Sequence record: PP886230.1
Direction: 5' to 3' (one strand)
Length of the DNA: 64,000 bases
Shown: positions 19,090-27,497 of the stretch, one piece after another
How the letters are laid out: each line of letters opens with the position of its first letter
Position numbering within the stretch: position 1 is the first letter of the stretch
Notes under the pieces: model-generated
What the model was told of the DNA's origin: nothing
Database searches by the model: none
Seen by the model: the letters and a program-made list of their open reading frames with translations, nothing else
Translations under genes and position numbers: made by a program

Positions 19090-19585
19090 TACTAATATCT
19101 GGTTAGATAACATAATCAAGACATTAGAATTAATTAAACTTACATTACAAAAAACTACTGATATTGAAATTAAAATTAAACAAGAAATATTAAACTATTA
19201 TCATAGAAACAAATATAGCACGTTTATCTCTAAATTAATTTATGGATTATATGATATTGAAGATATTTGCATCGGTTACAGTACTGGTATTTGCTTCACA
19301 GTTAATGGTTTAAAAAATGATTTAAATTTCAGACTTTCCGATGAAGAGCAAGATTTTCGTAGATTTTGTGATAATATTATGGATACAGATAAAATTACAT
19401 TTGTTATTGAATTAAATCAAACGTGGTCTACATATGCAGATAAACCATTTGAAATTAATGAAACAGATGTGTTAAACTATATTCGAGTTATGAAAATTCA
19501 TGATTTGTGTAAAAACGCATTGTTAAGTATTGGAGCTTATAATGAAACATACGACTTGGTTGAAGATAGCAGAAGTAGTTGCTGA
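19061..19585 (+). CDS. Hypothetical protein
   Basis: GAGGGA SD; shares the YxxKP(Y/F)xxxE motif with the previous gene. Confidence 0.6.
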   Translation: MKYTHLSIDDTNIWLDNIIKTLELIKLTLQKTTDIEIKIKQEILNYYHRNKYSTFISKLIYGLYDIEDICIGYSTGICFTVNGLKNDLNFRLSDEEQDFRRFCDNIMDTDKITFVIELNQTWSTYADKPFEINETDVLNYIRVMKIHDLCKNALLSIGAYNETYDLVEDSRSSC

Positions 19586-20021
19586 GGAAAGTAAATGTAT
19601 TTCACAAAAAGTTGGTTGTGTTATTGTCAAAAATAATCGAGTATTGAGTACTGGATACAATGGTACTCCATCAAAACAACCAAATTGTTGTGATGTGAAT
19701 CAACACTTAGTCAATGATGGACGTTTTCAAGACTGGGTTAGTGATGAAGCAAAGCATGAACATCATGAGTGGAGTAATATTCATGAAATCCATGCTGAAA
19801 TGAACGCTTTACTCTATAGTTCTCCTACTGAACGTCAAGGTGCTACTCTTTACACAACACTACAACCATGTTATACTTGTTCTAAGTTGATCGCAGGTAG
19901 TGGGATTTCACGTGTAATTTATCTCAAAAATTATCCTCGTACACCACCAGAAGCTATTAAAGTACTGGAAGATGCTGGAATTATTGTTAATTGCATTTAT
20001 GATAAGGGTCTTGATAAATGA
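19542..20021 (+). CDS. cd: dCMP deaminase
   Basis: KVGCVIV, STGYNGTPS, HAEMNAL and PCYTC Zn motifs. Confidence 0.93.
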   Translation: MKHTTWLKIAEVVAEESKCISQKVGCVIVKNNRVLSTGYNGTPSKQPNCCDVNQHLVNDGRFQDWVSDEAKHEHHEWSNIHEIHAEMNALLYSSPTERQGATLYTTLQPCYTCSKLIAGSGISRVIYLKNYPRTPPEAIKVLEDAGIIVNCIYDKGLDK

Positions 20022-20275
20022 CAGTAATAATTATTATTGCTTTTCTAATAACAGTGTTTTTCATTTTTATGTTATATATAGTTGCTATGGATGAACCTAA
20101 TACTTCTTTTCGAAATTATGAAGTTCGTTTTTCTGCACAAAATAATAAGTACTATATTGTAAACTGTATACACCGTAGTGAGAAAAGGGTAACAAGTAGA
20201 TTTGGATTTACCATTTATTATAAAGACCGAGTAGAAGCTGATATGATTTGTCAGAAGCTTAATACGGTAGAATAA
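20018..20275 (+). CDS. Membrane-anchored hypothetical protein
   Basis: N-terminal hydrophobic helix; ATGA overlap. Confidence 0.6.
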   Translation: MTVIIIIAFLITVFFIFMLYIVAMDEPNTSFRNYEVRFSAQNNKYYIVNCIHRSEKRVTSRFGFTIYYKDRVEADMICQKLNTVE

Positions 20276-20305
20276 AAAAAAAGGAGCCATAAGGCTCCTT
20301 TTTTG
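20273..20305. terminator. Bidirectional terminator between convergent genes
   Basis: A-run-GGAGCC-ATAA-GGCTCC-T-run. Confidence 0.85.
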
Positions 20306-20683
20306 TTAACCAGGGAGGTTGCAATAATACAAATCCCAAGGGTGATATTTCATCGCACCAGTACTCAATTTAATTTTATGAAACTGGAATGATTCGGCAA
20401 ATGCACTATCGTCAATCTTAATACAAAAAGTGTTTTTGGCTAGAGTTGGTGCAATTTCCAATGCTGTTTTAGATGCATCTAATCTAATTTTATCTTTATC
20501 ATAACTAGTGATAGTTACAAAACGATAAACATTAAAATCAGTATCAATGAGATCGTAAACACAACTAGAACGTTGATTAAAGATGTTCAAGTTATATTTC
20601 AATTCACCGTTTATATTAGCTGCGGTTACACAAAACCCGCCGATATTGAATGGTAGTTTACCTTGTGCTGCGATAGCTTTCAT
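20306..20683 (-). CDS. Hypothetical protein; the only supported minus-strand gene
   Basis: AAAAAGGAAA SD on the - strand; ends at the bidirectional terminator; no competing + strand ORF. Confidence 0.75.
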   Translation of the reverse strand: MKAIAAQGKLPFNIGGFCVTAANINGELKYNLNIFNQRSSCVYDLIDTDFNVYRFVTITSYDKDKIRLDASKTALEIAPTLAKNTFCIKIDDSAFAESFQFHKIKLSTGAMKYHPWDLYYCNLPG

Positions 20684-20753
20684 ATTTTATTTCCTTTTTT
20701 AAATATAAGTATGAAATATATTTGTTTTTTACATCAGATGCACCATGAACTAG

Positions 20754-20782
20754 TTGACAAAACATCAGTGGTATGATATGAT
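20754..20782 (+). promoter_or_regulatory. Sigma70-type promoter
   Basis: TTGACA-17-TATGAT with TGA extension. Confidence 0.65.
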
Positions 20783-20844
20783 CTGTTATAAACTGTACAC
20801 CTTAAGTTTTATTTTTAAAAATTTGAGTTAAGTACAGAAAAAGT

Positions 20845-20873
20845 TTGACTTAAGTGTTTAAGTACTATATTAT
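20845..20873 (+). promoter_or_regulatory. Sigma70-type promoter
   Basis: TTGACT-17-TATTAT. Confidence 0.55.
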
Positions 20874-20908
20874 TTATATCTTCCTAAACAAAATTGAGGA
20901 CTTGTTAT

Positions 20909-21517
20909 ATGAAAAGACTATGGCTTGAAGTGATACAAGCAGCGATGTTTCTATTGTTAATAAATTTTCCAGCCAGTGCTGGTATTGAAAGTAAAAATGT
21001 GATAAAGTATAATCCTGAAACCCGAAATGTATATTTCATATCAGATATTACAGATGGGTCACTCAAGAGAATGATAGAGTTGTATGATAAAGAACACTAT
21101 GATACCATCACAATTACATCTCCTGGTGGTGATTTTGATGCAGGTATTCGAATGGCAAACTTTGTTAGAGACAATGGGATAAATTTAATTGTTTCTAGGT
21201 ATTGCAATTCAGCATGTACTGTGGTATTCTTTAGTGTATCTCCCGAAAAGCGATATATGACAAATCGCTCAGTACTGGGTCTTCATAACATTTCGATTAA
21301 AAGTAATGTTACTGATGGTGATAATTCATTTGTGTCTGTAAGACAGCTATCAACTTTTACCGAAGAAATGGCAACAAAGGTAGGTTTCCTTTTTTCACTA
21401 TATGCAGCAAATGGAATCCCACCAGAAGTTCTATTTAGAGTTAGTCGTTCTCGTGGTGAAGATGTTGTAATATTAACAAAACCAGAACTGGTTTTTTACG
21501 GTTCAGTCAAACAATAA
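20909..21517 (+). CDS. Exported ClpP/crotonase-like serine peptidase
   Basis: Signal peptide-like N-terminus ending ASA; ITSPGGDF, CNSAC (putative Ser nucleophile) and LGLHN. Confidence 0.65.
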   Translation: MKRLWLEVIQAAMFLLLINFPASAGIESKNVIKYNPETRNVYFISDITDGSLKRMIELYDKEHYDTITITSPGGDFDAGIRMANFVRDNGINLIVSRYCNSACTVVFFSVSPEKRYMTNRSVLGLHNISIKSNVTDGDNSFVSVRQLSTFTEEMATKVGFLFSLYAANGIPPEVLFRVSRSRGEDVVILTKPELVFYGSVKQ

Positions 21518-21587
21518 AAATAATTAAAATAACAGGATGATTATGATGTACTTCCTTTGTTATTAATTATATTGAGATTATATAACT

Positions 21588-21848
21588 ATGACAAACATCC
21601 AAAACTTGACATCTATTATTTTTTATGCTACTGTAGTAATGTATGCTACAGTTATTTTTCTAACAGTTTTCATTTACAAAGATTATCGTAATGGCTTTAT
21701 TGATCCAACTACAATGAAGTTCAATTCAAAATTCGAAGCAATAATTTATTATGTACTATCAACTTCATACTTGGTGTGCCTAATGTTGTTAGGAGCACTA
21801 ATTTATATCTTATACACAACATTATTTGCAATTGGAGCTATTTTATGA
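21588..21848 (+). CDS. Two-helix membrane protein
   Basis: Two long hydrophobic segments. Confidence 0.6.
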   Translation: MTNIQNLTSIIFYATVVMYATVIFLTVFIYKDYRNGFIDPTTMKFNSKFEAIIYYVLSTSYLVCLMLLGALIYILYTTLFAIGAIL

Positions 21849-22438
21849 CCTGTATTATTGCACACACTGACGGAGTAAGTTCTTTTATTGCTGGGGATAA
21901 GTTAGGAAGCAATGGATTTACAAAAACTGTTCAAACTGAGCCAAAGGTATTCGAGAAAGAATTTATCAAGTTACATGATGATGGACTAACTAGAACTAAA
22001 GAAGTAATGGCATTGGGTTATACTACATCATTTCGTATGGGTCAGTTGTTAAATTATAACCTTAATTTACCTGAACAAGATGCTAGTCAAACATTTTCAC
22101 AATATTTGGTTCTTAAAGTTATTCCAATCATTCGTCAAATGTTTAAAGAAGAATGGGGTGCACGAGATGCATCACAAGATGTAGGTGGTGGACAATTTAT
22201 CATTCTCCACAATCATACAATCTATGAAGTTCAAGAAGACTTTTCAGTACTACAACCTAAAACAAGAATTACCGCAGTAGGTAGTGGGACATATCATGCA
22301 ATTGCAGCAATGCAAGCATATATTGAAGTTGAGAACGAATCTAAAAAACCACTACACGAACGTATCAAATCAATTTTTAAAATTGTTAGTGATAATGTAA
22401 CAAGCGTAAGCGAAGAGTTTGATGTTTTAAAATATTAA
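21845..22438 (+). CDS. HslV/proteasome-beta-like Ntn threonine protease
   Basis: True start ATG 21845 (ATGA overlap, GGAG SD) gives M-T1-CIIA; FIAGD, Lys near position 32 (EPKVF) and AVGSG match the HslV catalytic layout. Confidence 0.75.
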   Translation: MTCIIAHTDGVSSFIAGDKLGSNGFTKTVQTEPKVFEKEFIKLHDDGLTRTKEVMALGYTTSFRMGQLLNYNLNLPEQDASQTFSQYLVLKVIPIIRQMFKEEWGARDASQDVGGGQFIILHNHTIYEVQEDFSVLQPKTRITAVGSGTYHAIAAMQAYIEVENESKKPLHERIKSIFKIVSDNVTSVSEEFDVLKY

Positions 22439-22465
22439 AAGTACTAATATTATAAGAGAGAATAG

Positions 22466-22660
22466 ATGATGGCATACACAATTTATGAATGGGTTTTGAG
22501 TTTTTTTATAGTTTTTTCTATTGTTGTAATTTATAACAATGCTAAATGCTTATATAGGGACTTGAAATCCAATGGTTATCACAAAGATAATAATTTTATG
22601 TATGCCTATCATATTGGAATCATTCTGTTATTATCAATATATTTAATTGTTTTTTTATAA
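22466..22660 (+). CDS. Small membrane protein
   Basis: Two hydrophobic segments. Confidence 0.5.
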   Translation: MMAYTIYEWVLSFFIVFSIVVIYNNAKCLYRDLKSNGYHKDNNFMYAYHIGIILLLSIYLIVFL

Positions 22661-22669
22661 GGATTGAAT

Positions 22670-23422
22670 ATGATATCAGAAAAATTTATAAGCAATGAAG
22701 GTAAAAAGCGATTACTGATTATATCAGGTGCAGGACTTTCTGTTGAAAGTGGTATGGAACCTTTTCGATTTGATGATGGTTTGTGGGATACATTTAAAAT
22801 TAATGATGTATGTAACATTGCTAGTTTAACTACGAAATATCACGTTGTTCATTCCTTCTATAATACATTACGTGTAAAATTGGGTCAATGCAAACCCAAT
22901 GCAATGCATTATTTTATAAAATCGTTAGAAGATCAATATGGTGATTGCTTCCTTCATATGACTTCTAACATGGACGATCTTTATACTCGTATTGGTGGTC
23001 ATGAGCTTAAACTTCATGGAAACTTGTGCGAAGTTATTGAAAATTATAGTATCAATTCCGATGATTATAATGTTATTAACTGCGGATACGAACCATACAT
23101 ACCAAAACATGATGTTTTTGCCAAACCAAATGTAGTAATGATTGGAGAATATCATCGTTATGTTGATGGTATTCGCTTACCAATTTACGAAGAACGAAAT
23201 AATGTGTTGAAATCTCTTAATGAAAATGATACAGTTATTGTAATTGGTAGTAGCGATACAGTACTGGTATGGTCGAGATTAGCAGCAGCATTACCATGTT
23301 ATAGTGTTAATGTTAACATTCGTAAAAATGATAATGATTTTTTGTTTAATGAAAAAGTTATCAAGCCAGCAACCAAAGCAATACCGCATCTAGAGACTAT
23401 AATTAAGGAACGTATGAAATGA
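22670..23422 (+). CDS. Sir2/CobB-family NAD-dependent deacylase
   Basis: ISGAGLSVESG, FR...GLW, PNAMH, TSNMDDL, LHG, KPNVVMIGE, IGSS. Confidence 0.9.
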   Translation: MISEKFISNEGKKRLLIISGAGLSVESGMEPFRFDDGLWDTFKINDVCNIASLTTKYHVVHSFYNTLRVKLGQCKPNAMHYFIKSLEDQYGDCFLHMTSNMDDLYTRIGGHELKLHGNLCEVIENYSINSDDYNVINCGYEPYIPKHDVFAKPNVVMIGEYHRYVDGIRLPIYEERNNVLKSLNENDTVIVIGSSDTVLVWSRLAAALPCYSVNVNIRKNDNDFLFNEKVIKPATKAIPHLETIIKERMK

Positions 23423-23970
23423 GTGTTAAAGAAGTTCCCTTTGGTGAATATGGCACACGTGCAAATTTTGTATTTTGTTATTTCTTTGCAAGAAAATGCA
23501 ACCCTTACAAAAACTATGAGTTGAATGATATACCAGAAGTAAATTTAGTATTACTGCAATTACGATGGGATGGTCTTCTTGGTGGATGTGGTGGAACCGT
23601 AGAAAGTACTGATATCTCACTAGAAGATGCGTTGCGTCGTGAAGTTCAAGAAGAAATGGATTACAATATTTTTGTTTCCCATCTTCGACCACTCAAAACT
23701 TTTGAAATTTACCCAGGTGCAAACAGTCACAGTTTTAGCTATGAAGTAACCTATGACGAGTTGAAACACATTAGAGATGGATACACTAATGCTAAACATG
23801 CAAGTGCAGAAGTTGCTGGTGTAAATTTATGTCATATTTCGCGTTATTCTAAGGGACAAAATCGAGAAGCGGGATATAATAATCTTATGACACAGAACTT
23901 CATCGGTACAGCAAAACAAGAATTGGAGTATCTTGTTCAAAAAGAAAACTTACTAATTAGTTATCTATAG
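23419..23970 (+). CDS. Nudix hydrolase, NUDT16-like
   Basis: LQLRWDGLLGGCGGTVE, LEDALRREVQEEM (Nudix box), AKHASAEVAG and QNFIGTAKQEL parallel NUDT16 segments recalled from memory. Confidence 0.75.
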   Translation: MSVKEVPFGEYGTRANFVFCYFFARKCNPYKNYELNDIPEVNLVLLQLRWDGLLGGCGGTVESTDISLEDALRREVQEEMDYNIFVSHLRPLKTFEIYPGANSHSFSYEVTYDELKHIRDGYTNAKHASAEVAGVNLCHISRYSKGQNREAGYNNLMTQNFIGTAKQELEYLVQKENLLISYL

Positions 23971-23979
23971 GAGTTTAAC

Positions 23980-24300
23980 ATGTCTTACTCAATGTTTTTG
24001 GATGATATTCGTGATGCAAATCTATATTATCCAAACCAAGATATGGTGGTATGTCGTGACTTTAAAAGTGCATGTGAATATGTTATTGAAAATGGAATTC
24101 CAGCATTTGTATCATTCGACCATGACTTGGGTGATGTGAGCGAAGACGAAAAGACTGGATATTCTTTTGCTAAGTTTCTTATTGATTATATGTTTGATAA
24201 TAATATTAAAGAACCGTTTGAGTACTTTGTTCACAGTAGTAATCCTGTTGGTAAAATTAATATTGAAACATACTTAAACAATGGATTTAACTCATTATGA
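23980..24300 (+). CDS. Cyclic-phosphate-processing receiver-like domain protein
   Basis: FLDDIR, SFDHDLG, GYSFAKFL and VHSSNPVG motifs. Confidence 0.7.
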   Translation: MSYSMFLDDIRDANLYYPNQDMVVCRDFKSACEYVIENGIPAFVSFDHDLGDVSEDEKTGYSFAKFLIDYMFDNNIKEPFEYFVHSSNPVGKINIETYLNNGFNSL

Positions 24301-24599
24301 TTCAAACACACATCAAAAGTCTTATTTGTACTGTTCTGTTAGGTGCAGGAGTTCTTTGGTTCGGACAGTATCACGAGAACACTAAGCGTACCAACATTCA
24401 CTACAATACCGCAGAAGTTGTTAGTTTAGGACAATGTAGCGAGTCCAAATGTTCATTTATGTATAAAACCCAAAGTGGTGAAGTACGTAATGGACTATCA
24501 AGAGAACCAGTTTCAATTGGTCAACTTGTTTACCAGGAGTGCTGGGAAGAAAAGGTTCGAGGTTCACGTTGCTATGTTGAATACGAACCAAATATGTAA
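24297..24599 (+). CDS. Membrane-anchored Cys-containing protein
   Basis: N-terminal TM segment and several Cys in the soluble part. Confidence 0.6.
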   Translation: MIQTHIKSLICTVLLGAGVLWFGQYHENTKRTNIHYNTAEVVSLGQCSESKCSFMYKTQSGEVRNGLSREPVSIGQLVYQECWEEKVRGSRCYVEYEPNM

Positions 24600-24659
24600 T
24601 AATCCGAGTCAATAACATTAGTCGAGTACAAGGATGTACTCATAACTCAAGGATGTTTT

Positions 24660-26099
24660 ATGAAAAAATATACAATTGACACAAACGTACTACTATCTGA
24701 CCCTAATGCATCTATTGCTTTTGATGGTGCTGCAATCATTCTACCATTTACAGTACTGGAAGAATTGGATTCAATTAAGAGTCGTAATGTAGATGTTTCA
24801 CGCGATGCTCGTGTTGCTATTCGTAACATTGAAGCAATTATTGCAGATGCATCACATGATGAGATTAGTAGTACTGGTGTTAATATTGCTGATGTTCATA
24901 CCAATATGAATCCTGATAGCAAATTGTTTGTTATTACAAACGAAGAAGCTGAAGCACTAATTCGTACTAAAGGTTCAGAAGAGAAAGTTCAAACCCTTCT
25001 CAAAAGCACAGTACCTGATGATAAAATCATTCTGGTAGCTTTAGCAACAGAATCAGTACTGGTAACTCGTGATATCAACATGCGTATCAAAGCACTAAGT
25101 TATGGTGTCGAGGTACAAGATTATCGCCATGATATTGTTATTGGTGATAGTGATTTGATTCACATTGGTCAACACCATTTGGAAATTAATTTTTGGGAAG
25201 TATATAGCAACTTATCCAATACTAATATTCAATCCGAACAAGTTGGTCGTCGTTTGTATCATTACATTTCTAAAAGCTTGATTGAACATTTGCTTCCACA
25301 AAATCTATGCATCGGTGATTATCTATATGATGATGCAGACGTATTATTTGTGTACGAAGGTCAATCAGCAATTGAGGAAGATGATGGAACACTAACACCA
25401 GAAGATATTTTGGTATTCCAAGATATTGGACAATCAGTAGCTTTACGTGCTAAAGTATGGGATATTAAAGCAAAGAATATCCAACAAGCACTCGCCATCA
25501 ACAGTATTCTCGATCCTGATGTACATCTAACAGTACTGCTAGGTTCTGCTGGTACTGGTAAAACACTAATTACGATTGCTACTGCATTAGAATTAGTACT
25601 GGAAAAACGTAAATACGACCGAATCATCTTCTCTAAAACTCAAGACTCACAGTTTGAAGATATTGGTTTCTTGCCAGGTTCAGAAGCAGAAAAAGTGATT
25701 CCATTCTGTGGAGCCGCAATTGACGCGTTAGAGTTTCTTCATAAAGATGATGCTAACCCTCAAGGTAGTATTGAAGAGATTATGAAACGTAATGTTATTC
25801 AATTTAAAGCACTAAACTTTGTACGTGGACGTTCATTCACCAACACTATTCTAGTAGTTGATGAATTCCAAAACATTACACCTGCACAAGCTAAAACAAT
25901 CTTGACACGAGCAGGATTAAACTGTAAAGTAGTAATTATGGGTAACTTGAGTCAGATTGACAGTAAGTTTATTAGTCCTGTTAACAGTGGTTTGACATAT
26001 GTAACTGAGAAGTTTAAAGATTGGGCAGGTTGTCGTGTCATCGAACTAGAAGGTGTTGTTCGTTCACCACTTGCAGAATTTGCTGAAGAAAATATGTAA
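24660..26099 (+). CDS. phoH: PIN domain-PhoH ATPase fusion
   Basis: PIN motif IDTNVLL...VLEELD...DDKI...TRDINMR; Walker A GSAGTGKT; RGRSF; VDEFQN; GNLSQID. Confidence 0.93.
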   Translation: MKKYTIDTNVLLSDPNASIAFDGAAIILPFTVLEELDSIKSRNVDVSRDARVAIRNIEAIIADASHDEISSTGVNIADVHTNMNPDSKLFVITNEEAEALIRTKGSEEKVQTLLKSTVPDDKIILVALATESVLVTRDINMRIKALSYGVEVQDYRHDIVIGDSDLIHIGQHHLEINFWEVYSNLSNTNIQSEQVGRRLYHYISKSLIEHLLPQNLCIGDYLYDDADVLFVYEGQSAIEEDDGTLTPEDILVFQDIGQSVALRAKVWDIKAKNIQQALAINSILDPDVHLTVLLGSAGTGKTLITIATALELVLEKRKYDRIIFSKTQDSQFEDIGFLPGSEAEKVIPFCGAAIDALEFLHKDDANPQGSIEEIMKRNVIQFKALNFVRGRSFTNTILVVDEFQNITPAQAKTILTRAGLNCKVVIMGNLSQIDSKFISPVNSGLTYVTEKFKDWAGCRVIELEGVVRSPLAEFAEENM

Positions 26100-26104
26100 T
26101 ATTG

Positions 26105-26136
26105 TATGGGACATTATGTCCCATACATGATATAAT
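26105..26136 (+). promoter_or_regulatory. GGGAC-class promoter inside an inverted repeat
   Basis: TATGGGACA-TTA-TGTCCCATA hairpin; TGGGAC-18-TATAAT with TGA extension. Confidence 0.65.
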
Positions 26137-26167
26137 GTTGTTATCATAATACAGAAGGAGATATAAA

Positions 26168-26356
26168 ATGGCTAAACAACCTAAGAAAAAAGAACCAGTA
26201 GCAAAAGTTAAGAAAGAGAAAGTTATTCAATCTAAAGAACAACGTATGTACGAACAACGTAAGAGTGAAACCCTATCCGGTCTTCAAGCTCTACGCAAAC
26301 AAGGTGTACTAACTCGTGCACAGTACCGTGAACTAGTAGCTCAGAAAGGTTTTTGA
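26168..26356 (+). CDS. Small basic protein
   Basis: AAGGAG SD; Lys/Arg/Gln-rich. Confidence 0.7.
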   Translation: MAKQPKKKEPVAKVKKEKVIQSKEQRMYEQRKSETLSGLQALRKQGVLTRAQYRELVAQKGF

Positions 26357-26460
26357 TTCATTTGAAGACATATTGTGGAGTTCTTAATAAATACTTTTAT
26401 AAGAATAATAATACTTTTTATTAAATTAAAAAGAACTCCATGTGTTATTTCAGTTTTTCG

Positions 26461-26486
26461 TCCCTGTCTTTTGGCAGGGATTTTTT
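26461..26486 (+). terminator. Rho-independent terminator
   Basis: TCCCTGTC-TTTT-GGCAGGGA-T6. Confidence 0.8.
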
Positions 26487-26582
26487 ATATCTATATCTTG
26501 ACAAAAGGAACAAATCATGAGAACATGTATTAAAGGAAGAATGACTTTCCATTAGGTTATTTTAACTTAAAGGAGATTTCAT

Positions 26583-27140
26583 ATGTTTTTTGACCAAACA
26601 TTTACGTTGTATCACGATTCTGGTAAAGTTGAGATTATTGATAATCTGTTAGAGTACATTGCGGAACATGACGGTATAGACCGTTTCCACAGTAAGATGA
26701 AATTCGATTTAGCTGAATTCAACAAAAAGAATCGTGAAACATTTTGGAAGAACCGTTTCTATTACGAAATGTTTCCAGAAAAGTTTGTGGGTTATTATCT
26801 TTGTACTGAAAAAGGATTACTTGTATCTCCTGATTTACTTATGGGTGAATACATGATACTCTATAATGAGTACTGGGAACATAAACGTAAAGCTCGTGAT
26901 ACGGAATGGCGACATAAGCGTTCGTATATGTACAAACATAACCACTCCCGATACAAGCGTCCTAAGACACAACAAGAGCGTCGTATGGCTTGTGCAGTAC
27001 TGAAGGATGAGGGGGAACCTGATATACGTGGAAGACGTAAGATGCGTTCATTACCATCGTATTGGGACGATATCAGAACAAGACATAGTACTGGCTGGAA
27101 ATACAGTACTAAACGTAAACATCAATACAAAGGGAGCTAA
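26583..27140 (+). CDS. Hypothetical protein with a basic C-terminus
   Basis: AAGGAG SD; YKRPKTQQERR...LPSYWDD. Confidence 0.7.
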   Translation: MFFDQTFTLYHDSGKVEIIDNLLEYIAEHDGIDRFHSKMKFDLAEFNKKNRETFWKNRFYYEMFPEKFVGYYLCTEKGLLVSPDLLMGEYMILYNEYWEHKRKARDTEWRHKRSYMYKHNHSRYKRPKTQQERRMACAVLKDEGEPDIRGRRKMRSLPSYWDDIRTRHSTGWKYSTKRKHQYKGS

Positions 27141-27154
27141 TGCTCCCTAATTTT
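27131..27154 (+). terminator. Probable terminator/hairpin
   Basis: AGGGAGC-TAAT-GCTCCCT followed by AATTTT. Confidence 0.5.
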
Positions 27155-27158
27155 ATAG

Positions 27159-27497
27159 GTGAACTTTATGAACAAAATTGACGTTACTGTAGTGATTGGT
27201 TATATTGAAATTGAACCGTGTGGCATTGATACCTTTATTGACACTCTTAATAAGTATCGTGCTGAATATAACGGTCACATTAGTCTTTCACCAGACAGTG
27301 GGTACGGCGGTTTTCATGGATACAATGTAATTTGGACCAGAGAAGAAACTGACGAAGAATATAATACACGAATTGAAGCTGAATCTAAAAGATGTGAAGA
27401 AATTGAACGTCAAGAAATGAAACACTTAATGAACAAGAAATCATTAAGTACCGAAGAGAAATCTAAACTGCTAAAATACATCAAGGATTACATGTAA
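27159..27497 (+). CDS. Hypothetical protein
   Basis: ORF; REETDEEY motif. Confidence 0.6.
   Translation: MNFMNKIDVTVVIGYIEIEPCGIDTFIDTLNKYRAEYNGHISLSPDSGYGGFHGYNVIWTREETDEEYNTRIEAESKRCEEIERQEMKHLMNKKSLSTEEKSKLLKYIKDYM

Noticed and set aside
26498-26530. TTGACA near 26498 as a sigma70 promoter
   Set aside because: No acceptable -10 hexamer at 16-18 nt spacing (GAACAT).
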